From Octopus vulgaris (Eukaryota): 64,000 nucleotides of DNA. Of the stretch, positions 24,911 through 39,430 are shown piece by piece. The notes beneath the pieces were generated by a model. That model saw only the letters and a list, made by a program, of their open reading frames with translations. It ran no database searches and was not told the DNA's origin. The position numbers were made by a program, and so were the translations under genes. Within the stretch, counting starts at the first letter, position 1. The number at the start of each line of letters is the position of its first letter. The stretch is from contig OX597816.1 in the NCBI GenBank assembly GCA_951406725.2, positions 87,916,001 to 87,980,000 on the forward strand. The letters run 5' to 3'.

Positions 24911-25600
24911 TTGTTGCAAGTTGCGGTAGATATTTGCCAAGAGACCGCCAAACAAGTCTGGTATATAAGCGTAAATATGGTAGCGTAGACCATCCAAATC
25001 AGGGAATTTACCTCTCGTGAAACAAACAATCGCTTCCGGTATGTTTATGGCTGTTATTGTCCTTTCGCAACACTCAGCCATAGATGTGGACATTAAAGTC
25101 CATTGCAACCCATCCCACCATTCGTTCCGATCAGTTTAGCAAAATACCCGAATTGTGCTTTTGTTACCATGTTGCGGCTCTAACACTCTGGATCCACCAA
25201 AGAGCTTTCTTTTCCTCCGGTTTTAGAGTACGCTCCTTAGCTCAGACAATGCAGCCCGCATACTTTGGGGAAGAAGAACTGCTTGAGACCTAATCTCGCC
25301 GCAAGTACGTTGGTTTCGCTGACTTTCTTAAGTACCTTTTTTAAGTTTCTAACTCGGTCTGTGTTTCTCTAGTTTCCTCTATCACTAGTTGCTTACCAGA
25401 CTTTATCGATTCTGCTTTAATAGCCCTTTTCAGAGCGAGCCATCATTTGTTGTTGGAGATTGACCCCACCACTAATTACTGCAACCTATTTCGGTAAGCT
25501 TGTTGTGCCGGGAACTACGCTTCCAGGTTTCAGTAATTGAGTTCCTACTGATGAAACCTATCTAAATTGACCATACTGACTGAGGCTGTCAGGCATGAAT
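24905..25600 (-). pseudogene. Tx1/L1-like ORF2 fragment (endonuclease-RT linker to RT start)
   Basis: NNK*WLALKRAIKAESIK..; AECCERTIT..TRGKFPDLDGLRYHIY..DLFGGLLANIYRNLQQN (KSPG.DG motif). Confidence 0.75.
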
Positions 25601-26119
25601 TGAGGACAACCTACACTAAATTTATCTGAAGGCCTAGAGAACACTTTATCACGGTACGATCTGGTAGATTCGACTTCGGTACCCTTCTTCTATCGGCTAG
25701 CACCACACTGTCAGGGCGTGCATCCAAGATATCATTCCAGTCTTCCGCTAGCACTAAAGAGCATAAAAGTTCATATATGTGTGTGGTATGTTATTTGTTA
25801 ACTATGAAGACATCGTTGTGTGTGATGTTTGTATGTTGATGCACATAGGTCGTTAATTCTTTGTTGTTTGCGTCAATGTATGGCCATATAGTTTATGAGG
25901 CTTCTTTGCTAGAGTATTTCTTGTTGATTCAGGTGTAGATTACGTTGTGCTTGTGGTTGTAATGCTGTGATTTCTGATGTGAAGGGAGATGGCGATGATG
26001 ACGACGACGACGACGACGAAGACGATGACGACGACAATGAGGATGATATTGATAATGTTAGTATTGTTGTTGTAGGTATTGTTGTTGCTGTTGTCGTCAT
26101 CAGTATAAAATAAAAAATA

Positions 26120-26368
26120 AATGCGCCCTTTTAAAGCCTAGCCAGGCTCATGGGCCCGGTTTCCCGGTTTCTATGGCGTATGTGTTCCCCAGCTGGACGA
26201 GACGCCAGTCCATCGCAGCGTTACTCATTTTTGCCAGCTGAGTGGACTGGAGCAACGTGAAATGAAGTATTTTGCTCAAGAACACAACGCATCGCCCGGT
26301 CTAGAAATCGAAACCACAATCTTACGATCATGATGCTGACACTCTAACCACTAGGCCATGCGCCTCCC
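26120..26368 (-). mobile_element. SINE group C, head H2 plus tail T1, well preserved
   Basis: Reverse complement of GGAGGCGCATGGCCTAGTGGTTAG...GCTTTAAAAGGGCGCATTTA; GTCATCAGTATAA on both flanks (26096-26108 and 26369-26381) as a likely TSD. Confidence 0.9.
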
Positions 26369-26609
26369 GTCATCAGTATAACATTGTTTAAACGCATCCC
26401 TTTTTTGTCCTTACTAACGTCTTAGCTTTTTGTGGTTAGTAAATTGTTTACGTTTCATTTTTTTGCTTTTTACTATTGGACAAGCGTTGCAATTTAGTGC
26501 TATTCTCATTACCTTCGCCCCACGACATGTTTAAGTGATCTGAAATGAGGAGGTACATCACTTTATCATTTACTCAACCGTCACGTCAATAATATTACTG
26601 TTAGCTTAA

Positions 26610-26850
26610 AGGCAGCGCTGTAGCAGAATTGCTAATACACCAGGCAAAATGCTTAACAGCATTTCGTCCATCTTTACGTTCCGAGTTCAAATTCTGCCGA
26701 GACGACTTTGATCTTAATCACTTTCGAGGACCGATAAAATAGTACCAGTTGAGCACTGGGGTGGATGTAATCGATTTACCCCGTTCCTTGTGCCAAACTT
26801 GATACCAATATTGCTGGCCTTGTACCTAAATTTGATACCAATATTGCTGC
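26610..26850 (+). mobile_element. Diverged SINE family A with duplicated tail segment
   Basis: GAGTTCAAATTCTGCCGAG body; TTGATACCAATATTGCTG repeated. Confidence 0.75.
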
Positions 26851-26929
26851 TAGCTCAACACATATCTACATATACATACATACACGAATGCACAAACGTA
26901 CACTGTTTCTAAAACGGATCTTACTATAT

Positions 26930-26982
26930 GAGCCAGCACTACGACTACTACGATCAGCTCTACATAACTTGCTGCTCTGCTG

Positions 26983-27062
<80 letters not shown>

Positions 27063-27770
27063 ACTACTACTACTACTACTAATACTACTACTACAACTAC
27101 TTCTTGTCATAGTAGTAGTAGCTGTTGTTGTTGTTGTAGCACCACTCTCATCACAACAAACAGTACCACCACAACCACTATTACCACCACCTCCACTAAC
27201 TACAATAACCACAGCGCCAACAGCACCACCACAATCACCACCACCACCGTCACCTCCACCACCACCACCATCACCATCACAAAAACATCAACTAGTACCT
27301 TCACCAGCAAGACCATCACCTACAACCATCACCTACAACACCAACAACAACGACAACCACAAAAAACAACGTCACCATCACCAACACCAACACCAACACC
27401 AGGACCAACACTAACACCACTACTACCACTACCATCATTACTACCACCACTATCACTACTACCGCCACCATCACTACCACCACAACTACCCGTGCCAGTC
27501 CTGCCACATCATGACAACTGCGCCGCCATTAGTTCCGTTACCACCATTACCGCCACTGGTATCTTTTTAACGCTGAAGTAAAACATAAAGTGAAAAAAGA
27601 AACTGTTTTCCCCCATTTCTCACTACTACCACTACCACCACTACTACAACCAACTCCACTCTCCTTCCACCACCACTGCTACCACCATCACCACCATCGC
27701 CACCATCGCCACCATCGCCACCTTCCATCATCGTCACTCCCATCGTCACCAGCACATCAACCACAACCCA
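26930..27770. repeat. (CTA)n/(CTG)n/(ACC)n low-complexity block
   Basis: Degenerate trinucleotide repeats; ORFs here are poly-T/P/H. Confidence 0.9.
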
Positions 27771-27944
27771 AACCGTATTCTGGCAACTTAACGAGCGACA
27801 GACACCTGGATGATTTGATAGATTTTCCCAAAGCCACAGGTAAGGTGAGGGTGGGGGGGAGGGAACGGAGGGAAGGTTCGTAGATTTTTTAAAAAAATGT
27901 TACAAAGGTGTGTATGTGTGTGTGTGTATGCGTGTACATGCGAG

Positions 27945-28018
<74 letters not shown>

Positions 28019-28579
28019 TAGATAAATGAAAGAAAGAATGAAAAAAAAAATAGCAAAAGAATGAATGCAATGTGAAAGGGAGAAGGACGTGTGAAATGGT
28101 AATGGTGGTGGTGATGGTGGTGGTGTGGTTATGTTGTGGAATTTTCTAGCAGTTTTAATTACCCGGTGTTATTTCAAGCATTTGCTAATACAATTCGAAA
28201 TTATCTCTGCATTTAGTTTCACAGGTGGTTATTACAGTCCTTCGCAGGCACACACCCCTCCACCAACAACACACACACTCGCATATACTTATGCACAGTC
28301 ACATGCGCATACCTTGTGCATAATTGCATGCATACATACGTACATACATACATATATACAAATCCTTCTTTCTCTCTCTCTCTCACATACACACACTCTC
28401 TCTCTGTTTATACGTATTTTCACACACACACATATATATATACACGAAAGCATGTATGATTATACGTTAGTACATATATGTGTGCATGTGCATTATGCAT
28501 ATGTGTATATACAGAGCCATATAATTACGCACATGAATATATACACTCACACGTTTACAGATGTATACATAGCCGTATG

Positions 28580-28830
<251 letters not shown>

Positions 28831-30124
28831 ACATATACACATACATACTTATGTCTGTGTATGTGTGTATATATAATGTCTATATGTGTATACATATCTA
28901 CAGCCTATCACAGACATACTCTCTACTCACGAATGTGTATGTAAGTGCACGTTCCGTTTGTAATGAAATGCGTACATATCTACATAATATACTGTATGTT
29001 CACACGAAATAAGCATGTGCAGAAATCTATTCAAGCTTTTATGAAGAAACGTGCAGTTGGAAAATCTCACATCACCTTATTTGATACATGGATTCACTTT
29101 ACAAGTGGATTTATCGATTACAAAACTGAACTCTCCTATTTGTATCGAGCTAATAATGTTATATTTAAAGTAGCGTTATTCTTAAATCGTGGAATTACGG
29201 AATATATTTTAGATACGAACTCAACCCGACGCTGGTGATAACTTATAACACTATGGTAAATAAATTTCACACCTTGAAACGAATAAAAGAATTGGTTTAT
29301 ACATCGAGGTTTGAGTAGGGAAGTGCTCAAGCTGCTCTAGTACTGATAATAACTGCTGCAGCAATAAAATTGCAGTAACATATACGTTAATGTGTACGTA
29401 GATACATGCGTATGATCAACAGCAGCCCATTTTACAGTAGCCGACTTCCTGTAATATACTGTTTTGTAATCTGAGCCTGAATGTGCTGGGTTTTTTAAGG
29501 AGTCTGTGAAAACTTGAAGTCGTACGGAGCCGAATCAGACGGTTTTAAGTAATGAAATTACGCCTACGAAATGTGCTGAGTACCTTTTTTCGTGTATCCA
29601 CAAATTCGTAAATGTATAAGGAGAATTCCTTGAAAGGCGTGTGGTTGGACAGGAAGCTGGTGACGCCATGATGTCTGATGGGCCATTGAAGTGACTTAGA
29701 AACGGATAAAAGCATGTCGGTGAGTGTGTATGTGTGTGTATACCAGATGTATGAGTGCGTGAATGTAGGTGTGTTTTCGGTTGTGTGTGTGCGTGCGTGT
29801 GTGTGTGTGTGTGTGTGTGTGAAATTGTCCTTTCTAATGAATCTAGTGTCGCTGAAATGCCGATTTCACTTGTAACAACACCGTGTTACGCGCCATGACC
29901 AATAACAGCCCATTTTCCAGTATTTTCCAGTATCTTGAACTTGTATTTCTCCATTCGGTAATCTGAGCGTGAACGAGTTAGGTTTCAGTAAGAAGCCTGA
30001 GAAAGTCGCAAGGAACCAGATCAAACTATTTTAAACAATAATAATAAGGTGACAGATAGCATTCCCACTACGCATGCAAGACTCCAGGTGTTCCAACAAA
30101 ACCTGAGTTAAAATAATAATGATA

Positions 30125-30320
30125 ATCCTTTCTACTATAGGTACAAGGTCTAAAATTTCTGGAAGGCGATAGTCGATTATTTTGACCCCAGCGCTCCACT
30201 GGTACTTAATTTATCGACTCCAAAAGGATGAAAGGGAAAGTCGACCTCGGCGGAATTTGAATTCAGAATGTAAGGACGGACGAAATACCGCTAAGCATTT
30301 TGCCCACTGTACAAACGATG
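30125..30320 (-). mobile_element. SINE family A (tail 2)
   Basis: Reverse-complement body AAAGGATGAAAGGGAAAGTCGACCTCGGCGGAATTTGAA. Confidence 0.85.
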
Positions 30321-30329
30321 CTCGTCAGA

Positions 30330-30830
30330 ATTAGTGTAGATTTAGAGTGCCTAAGTCCAAATTCTTAGTATTAGTTGCTTGACTAAAGACTGACGCCACG
30401 TTCAATAGGGAGTATTGTATCCTCGTCCGTTCTAGACCATAGAGGCTAGTATAAACTCCGCTCTAATGAGTCAGTAGGCATATAACAGACCTTTGCTGAA
30501 GAGAACTTGGAAGAAACTTTGGCTGCTTTAGCCAGTTACATTTGATACAAAGATCTGTTCCTATCTGCATCGATTTTACTTTCCAAAACTTTCGATTTGC
30601 TGATATCATCGGATTTATTTCTATTGGTTGTTGTCTTTAGATTTTAAATAGTCCCGAAGGCAGTTCTTGTAAATTAATTACATCGAAATTTTTGTTAATG
30701 GAATTTTTGCTTTATCTTATTATACTACATTCATGAGTATTTGCTGTATTTACAAATAGCTTGCAGAACGCACATTTGGGTTTTCTTACCTTAGTCTTGT
30801 AACTGATATCTATGAATATAGAGCTAGTGA
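30330..30830 (-). pseudogene. Possible decayed gag-like ORF1 relic
   Basis: Minus-strand FTRTAFGTI and VRKPKCAFC (zinc-knuckle-like) fragments; many stops. Confidence 0.35.
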
Positions 30831-31751
30831 TGAAACCACTAAATGCAGCAATAAACTTTCATTACATCACGAATGACCTTAAGAAAAACGTGCATGTAGC
30901 ATCATATAATCCTTTTCGAACGTCTACTATCTCCCCCCCCAAAAAGAATTCGCCCATTATTTGTTTGTGATTGTGTACGCGGGAGTGTGTGTGTATGAAA
31001 GCACTTATTGTGCTAGGTTTGCATACTGCTTGTACGTTTCTTTGTAGTTTGTTGTTCGTAGCCAACACTTCACGAACACTGAAAGCAAGACGTCATATTT
31101 GGTGTCAAAGCGAGATGATTGTTCCGAGCCTGCAGTTCAAGAATTTTAAATGAACATGTGTTAGAATGTTATGTAAAATGAAAAAAAAAAAAAAAAAAAA
31201 CCCAGAAATCACAACATTTGGAATTTCTTACACAGTTTAAACATTTTCTAACAGAAATGGAATATCAACTCCGAATAAAAGAAATCAAAACATAAGATAG
31301 ATTCTATGGGGGATAAAAAGGCCAACTTTGACTCCACAGGAGGATTTAGAAAGACGTTTTGTGCCTAAATTATGTATGAAATTAAAATGTTAAAGGGAAT
31401 TCCGAATCACTCTGTACAAAACCAAGATAGTGTATCTGTAGAATAGTATATTAAAATTGCTGTAACTTTTTGTTAACATCTCTGGATTTGTTTGTTAACC
31501 GTTATTTCCGAAATCAGATTAGAATAATATCATTCTCACCCTATAAATATTATTAATTAATTAGAATTTTCTTTCTCTCACTACATTAAAATGCTATTAG
31601 CTTGGCAGCTATTCTATGTGTGGATGTTATCCCTTGTAATGTGATGAAATGGCAGAATTGTTAGAGTGTTGAATAGAATGTAACACGCTATTTATTCTGA
31701 CTATCTGAGTTCAAATCTCGTCATATACAATGTTAATTTTTCAGAATCACA

Positions 31752-31965
31752 AAGGCAGCAAGCTGGTAAAATCGTTACTATGTCGGACAAAATGCTTTGA
31801 GGCATTTCTTCCGGCTCTTTGCATTCAGAGCACAAATTCTGTCCAGCTCGACATTGTCTTTTATCCTTTCGGTGTCGATAGAATAAATACAAGTTGAACT
31901 CTGAGGTCGATGTAATCGGCTGGTCCCTTCCTTCCAAAATTTCAGATCTTGTGCCTATAGTTGAA
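31752..31965 (+). mobile_element. Diverged SINE family A
   Basis: GGCAGCAAGCTGGTAAAATCGTTAC head; TTTTATCCTTTCGGTGTCGATAG body. Confidence 0.75.
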
Positions 31966-32110
31966 TGAAATTTTGCAGGATCGACAAAAAAGTACAAGAT
32001 ACTTCGAGTTATCTGTTCTGGTTCTTTGTGTTTTGACAGCAATGTCAGCAACGACACTGGTGCCAAACTGTATCACTTAAAGTCGATAGTCTTTCCTTTT
32101 GATAAATATT

Positions 32111-32507
32111 CTTTTCTACTCTAATCACAAGGCCCGAAATTTTTGGGGAGGAGGCCAGCCGATGAGATCGACCACAATACGCAAACTGGTACTTTATTTA
32201 TCGATCCTGAAAGGATGAAGGGTAAAGTCAACTTCAGCGAAATTTGAACTCAGAACGTAAAGACAGACGAAATACCTATTTCTTTACTACCCACAAGGGG
32301 CTAAACACAGAGGAGACAAACAAGGACAGACAAACGGATTAAGTCGATTATATCGACCCCAGTGCGTAACTGGTACTTAATTTATCGACCTCGAAAGGAT
32401 GAAAGGCAAAGTTGACCTCGGCGGAATTTAAACCCAGAACGTAACAGCAGACGAAATACTGTTAAGCATTTTGCCCGGCGTGCTAACGTTTCTGCCAGCT
32501 CGCCGCC
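32111..32507 (-). mobile_element. SINE family A dimer (full tail-1 unit plus headless tail-2 unit) inside one 18-bp TSD
   Basis: TTCCTTTTGATAAATATT at 32093-32110 and 32508-32525; junction at 32276/32277. Confidence 0.92.
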
Positions 32508-33799
32508 TTCCTTTTGATAAATATTACATGTACGAATATGCGTCCGAGATCACAACTTAGCCCTGGTAAAATTTTTAAAAATTCCTTTAAATTCCTTAAA
32601 TTGTTTTAGCTTCAAAATTGCGGTCATTCTGGGGCACCACCATTAAGAATAAAATCCAGCTGAGTGGACTGATTTTAACTAGGAAATTTGTGAAAGCTCT
32701 TATATCGAAAGAGGAAGAGTTAATAATACTACTATCCGAATTGTAGGAATGAAAGGAAAGGTGGGATTGATAGGAGGCAAGAATAATGGATCACAGTGTA
32801 ACAAAAATTGAAGTATCCGATGCAAGTTCAAGATACAAACCAAACGATCAATAATGAGCAATGGGTACCATTCAGTTCGATTGCAGCACCTCTTTGAGGA
32901 ATGACAAAAGAAATACTACATAGCGATGCAGCTGGGCTCAAGATAGTGACGGGGCGTTTGATTAATAGAGTTATGAGAAAAATTAAATAAAACAAAAAAG
33001 AAAAATAAGAAAGCAAATTATGTGTATAACTTAAGGATAGATGGGAAAATGCTTGACTATGCTGTAATAATGGATACGGGTGACGAAGTGAAACGGACCT
33101 TTGAACATGAAGTATATTAATGTGAAAACGTGATTTAAGCAAAGACATTTCGGGAAAAAATAGCGATAATTCAAGAGAACGCTGATTAGTAATACCGGAA
33201 TTAAAGGAAATGTACAGACGCAGGGATTCTGATATTGTAACTTTAGAAAACCGTATATGCAGATATTGATACTCCAGGTAGTCGGAAATGAAGGAAATCG
33301 TGTAAAGGATTTGTAGTTAAAGCGCGAATGCACCTCGAAATGAAATTTAGGGAAAAAAAATTACAAATAAAGCATTGAAGATTACGAGTGAATAAACTGC
33401 AAAGTTTAGAACGAAAGAACTAAAATTAAAACGAGAAATAATATAGAAATGAAAAAAGTAAAGGAGTGAAACCTTCAAGACAATTGAATAATCAATCTTC
33501 GAGTATTGAGAATGACACCTTAACAGTTAAAGATAACAAAAGTTTATTAAAAGGGTTAAAATTAAGAACTGACGCTTTGTAAACAATTCCTATTAGAAAA
33601 GTGCTTAGAGAAAATCTGCAAAGGCTGTGAAAAATGCATTTATCAAACTTCCAGATAAAGGATGAATTCTAAACCGGTAGAGGAGGGGGATTAGAATGCG
33701 CGCTGATGCAATTCAGTTGACTAATATAGAGGTTCTAATGCAATTTAAAAATGGTATAACAATTATAGAAATTGCAGGGATGTAAAATAATATGATGTA

Positions 33800-34552
33800 A
33801 TATTGGCACAACGCCGGCAACTTTTGAGAGGAGGAGGAAGCCGATTAGATTGACCGAAGTACTCAACTGGTACTTATTTTATCGACCTCGAAAGAATGCG
33901 AAGTGCTGGAAGAAATGCCATTTGGCATTCTGTGCGATGCTCTAACGATTCTGCTAACTCGCCATCTAAATATAACGTAATATATTGGATTCAAATTTAG
34001 ACACAAAGTCAGCAAGGTAGAAGTGGGACGGGTAAGTCGGTAGCATTGATCTCATTTTTCAAAAGGGACTTATTTTATTGACCTCGAAAGGATGAAAGGC
34101 AAAGTCAACTTCGGTAGCGTTCGAACCCAGAGAATAAAGACGTATGATATCCCGCTAAACACTTTAGCCCAGCACACTAATGATTGCACCAGCTTGCCGC
34201 TCTTATTTTCAAATTTTGGCACAAATACAATGATTTTAGCGGAGTGGGTAAGTTGATTACATCGATCCCAGTATTCAACTGGAGAATTTGAACTCAGAGC
34301 GTAAAGAAGGACGAAATGTTATTTCTTTACTACCCACAAGGGGCTATAAACACAGAGAGGACAAACAAGGACAGACAAAAGGATTAAGTCGATTATATCG
34401 ACCCCAGTGCGTAACTGGTGCTTATTTAATCGATCCCGAAAGGATGAAAGGCAAAGTCGACCTCGGCGGAATTTGAACTCAGAACGTAGCGGCAGACGAA
34501 ATACGGCTGAGCATTTCGCCCGGCGTGCTAACGTTTCTGCCAGCTCGCCGCC
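33800..34552 (-). mobile_element. Cluster of four SINE family A copies of different ages
   Basis: Repeated reverse-complement bodies at about 33880, 34080, 34285 and 34440; youngest unit is 34320-34552. Confidence 0.85.
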
Positions 34553-34687
34553 TTTTGTGTTAATGTTATAATACAAACATGTAAATCACAGGAACCTAAC
34601 AAATGTGGATACAAAATATCAAGGTCTAAAAATAGATAGAAAATAAAATAAAATACAACTATACATATAAATTAGAGAAATATACTC

Positions 34688-34812
34688 AGCCACATGGTTT
34701 CAAGTTCAGTCCCCTTGCGCGGCACCTTGGGCATGTGTCTTCTACTATAGCCTCGGGCTGACCAAAGCCTTGTGAGTGGATTTGGTAGACGGAAACTGAA
34801 AGACGCTCGTCA
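34688..34812 (+). mobile_element. SINE family B 5' half (3' half resumes near 36095-36160)
   Basis: CCACATGGTTTCAAGTTCAGTCCC...GGATTTGGTAGACGGAAACTGAA; downstream TTTGTCCTTCCACCACCGCTTGACAACCG. Confidence 0.8.
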
Positions 34813-34830
34813 TATATATATATGTATATG

Positions 34831-34862
<32 letters not shown>

Positions 34863-34886
34863 TGTATGTATGTATGTATGTATGTA

Positions 34887-35785
34887 TGGTCATCCCATAT
34901 ATAACGCGGTTATTTTTTATTTCTCTTATTTTTCAAGATTAAGATAAATAAACTACTTTTTTAATCTAAAATATACTCTCCTTCAGTTTCTGCAATACAT
35001 TTCCAACTATCTGGTGGACTTGCAGGGCCCCCTCTTCCAAAATTCACTTATCTGTGAGTGAAAATACTCCTCCAATGCTATTCTGACTTCGTCTACAGAA
35101 TTAATATTTTTCCCGTCCAAATGATTTTGAAGATTGCAGAAAAAATGATTATTAGACGGGAAAATGTCCGGCGAATATGATAGGTGGGGTATCGTTTTCC
35201 ATACAAACTGCTCCAGCCATTGGTATGTCATTATGTGGCCGAACACTATCCTTATGGAAGAACACCTTTCGTCTTGAAACCAAAGATGGTCGTATTTCTT
35301 CCAGCGCAGGTGTCGATAACTTGTGGAATAACCAAATCTAAGCTTCTCTGCTAGTTACTCAACAGTTACGATGGGATTTTGTTCCACCAGGGTTTTCATG
35401 ATGTCCTCATCAAGCTCTACAGATCTTCCAGGACGAGGCTCATCATCTAGGCTGTAGTTTCCAGCTCGGAAATTCAGGAACCACGGTTGACACTGGCTTA
35501 CGCTTATTGTCAGATCCCCATATACTGCATTAATATTCATCGCACTTTCCATTGCGTTGTTACCATAATTGAACTCATAAAGCAAAATATGCCTTTGTCA
35601 CTTCCATTATAGCTTTGAAAAAATTAATGTTAAAATCGAACTGCACTCTTCAAACATTGCACTAGGAATAAGCGTAAAATTACTTCCTGCTTTTATGGCA
35701 AGTTGATGCAGATAGTTTATCCCGTGCCGCTCTGACTTTTAGTTCATGTGATTGAAAACACTGCATCATTTATGGAATGTCCCAA
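34887..35785 (-). mobile_element. Internally deleted mariner DNA transposon
   Basis: LLYEF..GNNA..INAVYG..QCQPWF..FRAGNYSLDDEPRPGR (HTH) and PHLSYSPDIFPSNNHFF (YSPDLAP motif); first catalytic-D region missing; diverged TIRs GGTCATCCCATATATAACGCGGTT and reverse complement GGACATTCCATAAATGATGCAGTGTT in TA-rich flanks. Confidence 0.9.
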
Positions 35786-35962
35786 TATATATGTATATGT
35801 TTGTGTGTGTATTAAGGCTACCGTTGGTTTCGTTTTAAGGCAATAGGATTTTCTTACATGAAACCAATGGTAGCCTTAATCTATATCTATAATTCATAAA
35901 TAAAGAAATTATATCCACCAATGCGGTGTTGAGCACTCATTTTCATCGTTCAACATTTACAG

Positions 35963-35994
<32 letters not shown>

Positions 35995-36007
35995 ATATAT
36001 ATATATT

Positions 36008-36070
<63 letters not shown>

Positions 36071-36618
36071 ATGTATGTATGTATGTCTGCAGTTATGTGT
36101 GTGTTTCTTTGTGTCTATGTTTGTCCTTCCACCACCGCTTGACAACCGCTGTTGGTATTATCAAATATATGTGTGTGTTTATGTTTGCGCGTGTGCAAAT
36201 ACGCAAAGCCTACAGAAAACGAAATAAATTTACGTTTATTCTATTCTTTGCACATCGCATTAATTTGTTCTCGTAAACCCACTATTACCACGCTTGTCCT
36301 TACTGCTCTTTTCCTTACTACCAAATTAACACCACGACATCACCACCTCAGTCGCACACACCCGTCACAGTTTTCTCTGATATATTTTCGCCTTACTTCC
36401 AACTAGCAACACACTACACAACTCTTGCACTACTATTGTTCTTAGCTGGAGCACCACCATCATCACTGTACAAGCCACTGTTGCCACTGTCATAACCTCT
36501 TATCGCTTCTTTCACAAACGTTCTATTCTCTCCCAATTAAGTGCTGCACCATATTCGCCTTTGTTAAAAATATTCTTATACCTCTTTCTGACAAAATTGT
36601 CTTACACAGGTCAGGTCT

Positions 36619-36669
<51 letters not shown>

Positions 36670-36834
36670 ACAGCAGCAGTAGTCGTGGTTAAAACAGCAG
36701 CACTGATATAATTAGGGAGTTTCTTTAGGCTCAGGTAGCAAGTAAATCTGCCTCTCTGTCTGTCTGTCTGTTTGTTTCTCTCTCCCTCTCCCCCCTCTCT
36801 CTCTCACGCACGTACTCTCTCTCTCCTTCCCTAG

Positions 36835-36998
36835 TTAGACTACCATCTTTAAAAATAGCAAAAGACATATTGGATAACGTAGTCACAGATAAAATACTTC
36901 TGAAAAGATGGGGTGGGCATGGCTAGAATGCTTTTCATTATTAGGCTTGTTCAATGAGAGCTAATATGAGGCTGAATACAACAAAAACAACAACAACA
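36835..36998 (+). mobile_element. 3' end of a (CAA)n-tailed interspersed repeat; related pieces near 4050-4180, 50945-51000 and 58790-58870 (-)
   Basis: Shared TTGGATAACGTAGTC..GGCTAGAATGCTTTT..TACAACAAAAACAACAAC segments. Confidence 0.5.
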
Positions 36999-37075
<77 letters not shown>

Positions 37076-37399
37076 AGGTTTTTTCTGTTTTCTTTTGATC
37101 GCAATTCAGGTTTTCTTTGGAAGTATCGAAGTTCAAAGGAATTGTTAAATCCCTTGTTTTTTTAGGTTTTGACCAAATTTTGACTTATATATGTCGGCCC
37201 CTACAATATTGGCGTGATCTATGTGCTTAGTGTTCAGGTTGAATAAGTCGACGCCTCTAGAAAGAAAAAAGAATGAACAGATATTTGCATAGAACCTGAG
37301 TGCTAAGTCTGCTAGAAATAACTGTTAAATCTAATCTCATATTGTGGCCATTTTCCTCCACTGGGAATTAGTCCATTGCCAGACACTCCACCGTTTTCT

Positions 37400-38050
37400 C
37401 CCCTAAGGCTTTCCCCTCTTCTTCATCCAGGAGTCACCCACCTCCTTGGAATCCGCCTGCTTCGTTAAGTAGGGTTGTTTTAAAGTTTGAGTTGAACAGT
37501 ATATTTGTACATACGATCGGAAGTATAAGGCTTTACCTGCTCTTGATCTACTCAAACGCTAACTTACCTGTGTCAATACCTACAGTTGCATCTGAAATAG
37601 TTTTACTATTTTTGTCAATGCTATTGCTTCCATCTTTTCCAATACTGTGTGGTGTTTATCTCCAGGATATTTGTCTTTCATTTGTGAATTTTTAAATCAA
37701 CTACCCTCGGAGTAGTTTTATTGCCAGTATTGCTGTCTTTTCTTGCAACTAGCTCTAAAATAACAAAGCCAGGATGCCAGAAATACCCAGCCCCTCCAGT
37801 TGTAGAAGAATAGAAATAGGGATACCAGACCACCTTAAATTCTATAGATTCCTGTCTCAAAATCTTTACTTGCTTGGGCTCCATGAAAACTCTGTAAGTC
37901 ATATATTACCCAATGTAATTCTTCTCCAAGAGTGTAGAGTATTATTTGAAGAAGATTTAGCCCCTATGTCTAACTGGCTATGCGACCAACTAAGTAGCGA
38001 TTAAACGGAATGGACCTAGGCAAATATCGAACTTACTTTTAGAAACAGCG
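37400..38050 (-). pseudogene. Possible decayed gag-like ORF1 relic
   Basis: Coding-like minus strand (TYRVFMEPKQVKILRQESIEFK...) with a K/E/T-rich tail; no intact frame. Confidence 0.35.
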
Positions 38051-38138
38051 CCAGAAATTGGTAAACAGAAGAGCATAGTCGATTGAAACCCAGTAAATTC
38101 CTGGTAAAATATTTTATAGACTATATTTTATAGACTAT

Positions 38139-39045
<907 letters not shown>

Positions 39046-39264
39046 ACAATAATGGAAGTCAGTGTCTTCAACGAGAGAATTTGAATCTACAATACATGGG
39101 GTCAAATGAAATTCCAAGAAGAATTTATCGAAGAACTACTGTTTTTGTTACTCCTCTACCTTCGTCTAGGTCTCATATCAACATTATGGCGAAGAGCGCT
39201 TGATTGGCTGAATTTGTAGTGACAAGAAAAATATCTTGCAGTATTTTGTTACGTATCTTTATGG

Positions 39265-39430
39265 GAAGGCGTGTAGCTTAGTGGATAGGGAATTGGGCTC
39301 ACGATCTGGAGATCATGTGTTCAATTTTTGGACCAGATACCGCGTTGTGTCACTCACAAAATAAGGAATCATTTCACATTACTTTAGTCTACACAGCTGA
39401 AATTGACTTCTGATACAGTCCTCCAGCTAT
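39265..39430 (+). mobile_element. Diverged SINE group C (H2) copy
   Basis: GAAGGCGTGTAGCTTAGTGGATAGGG head; TTTCACATTACTTTAGTCTACACAGCTG body. Confidence 0.65.

Noticed and set aside
30784-30840. Minus-strand AAG|GTAAGA donor with an open frame
   Set aside because: Weak acceptor, and the frame reads through into a zinc-knuckle-like relic (VRKPKCAFC), which favours retroelement debris
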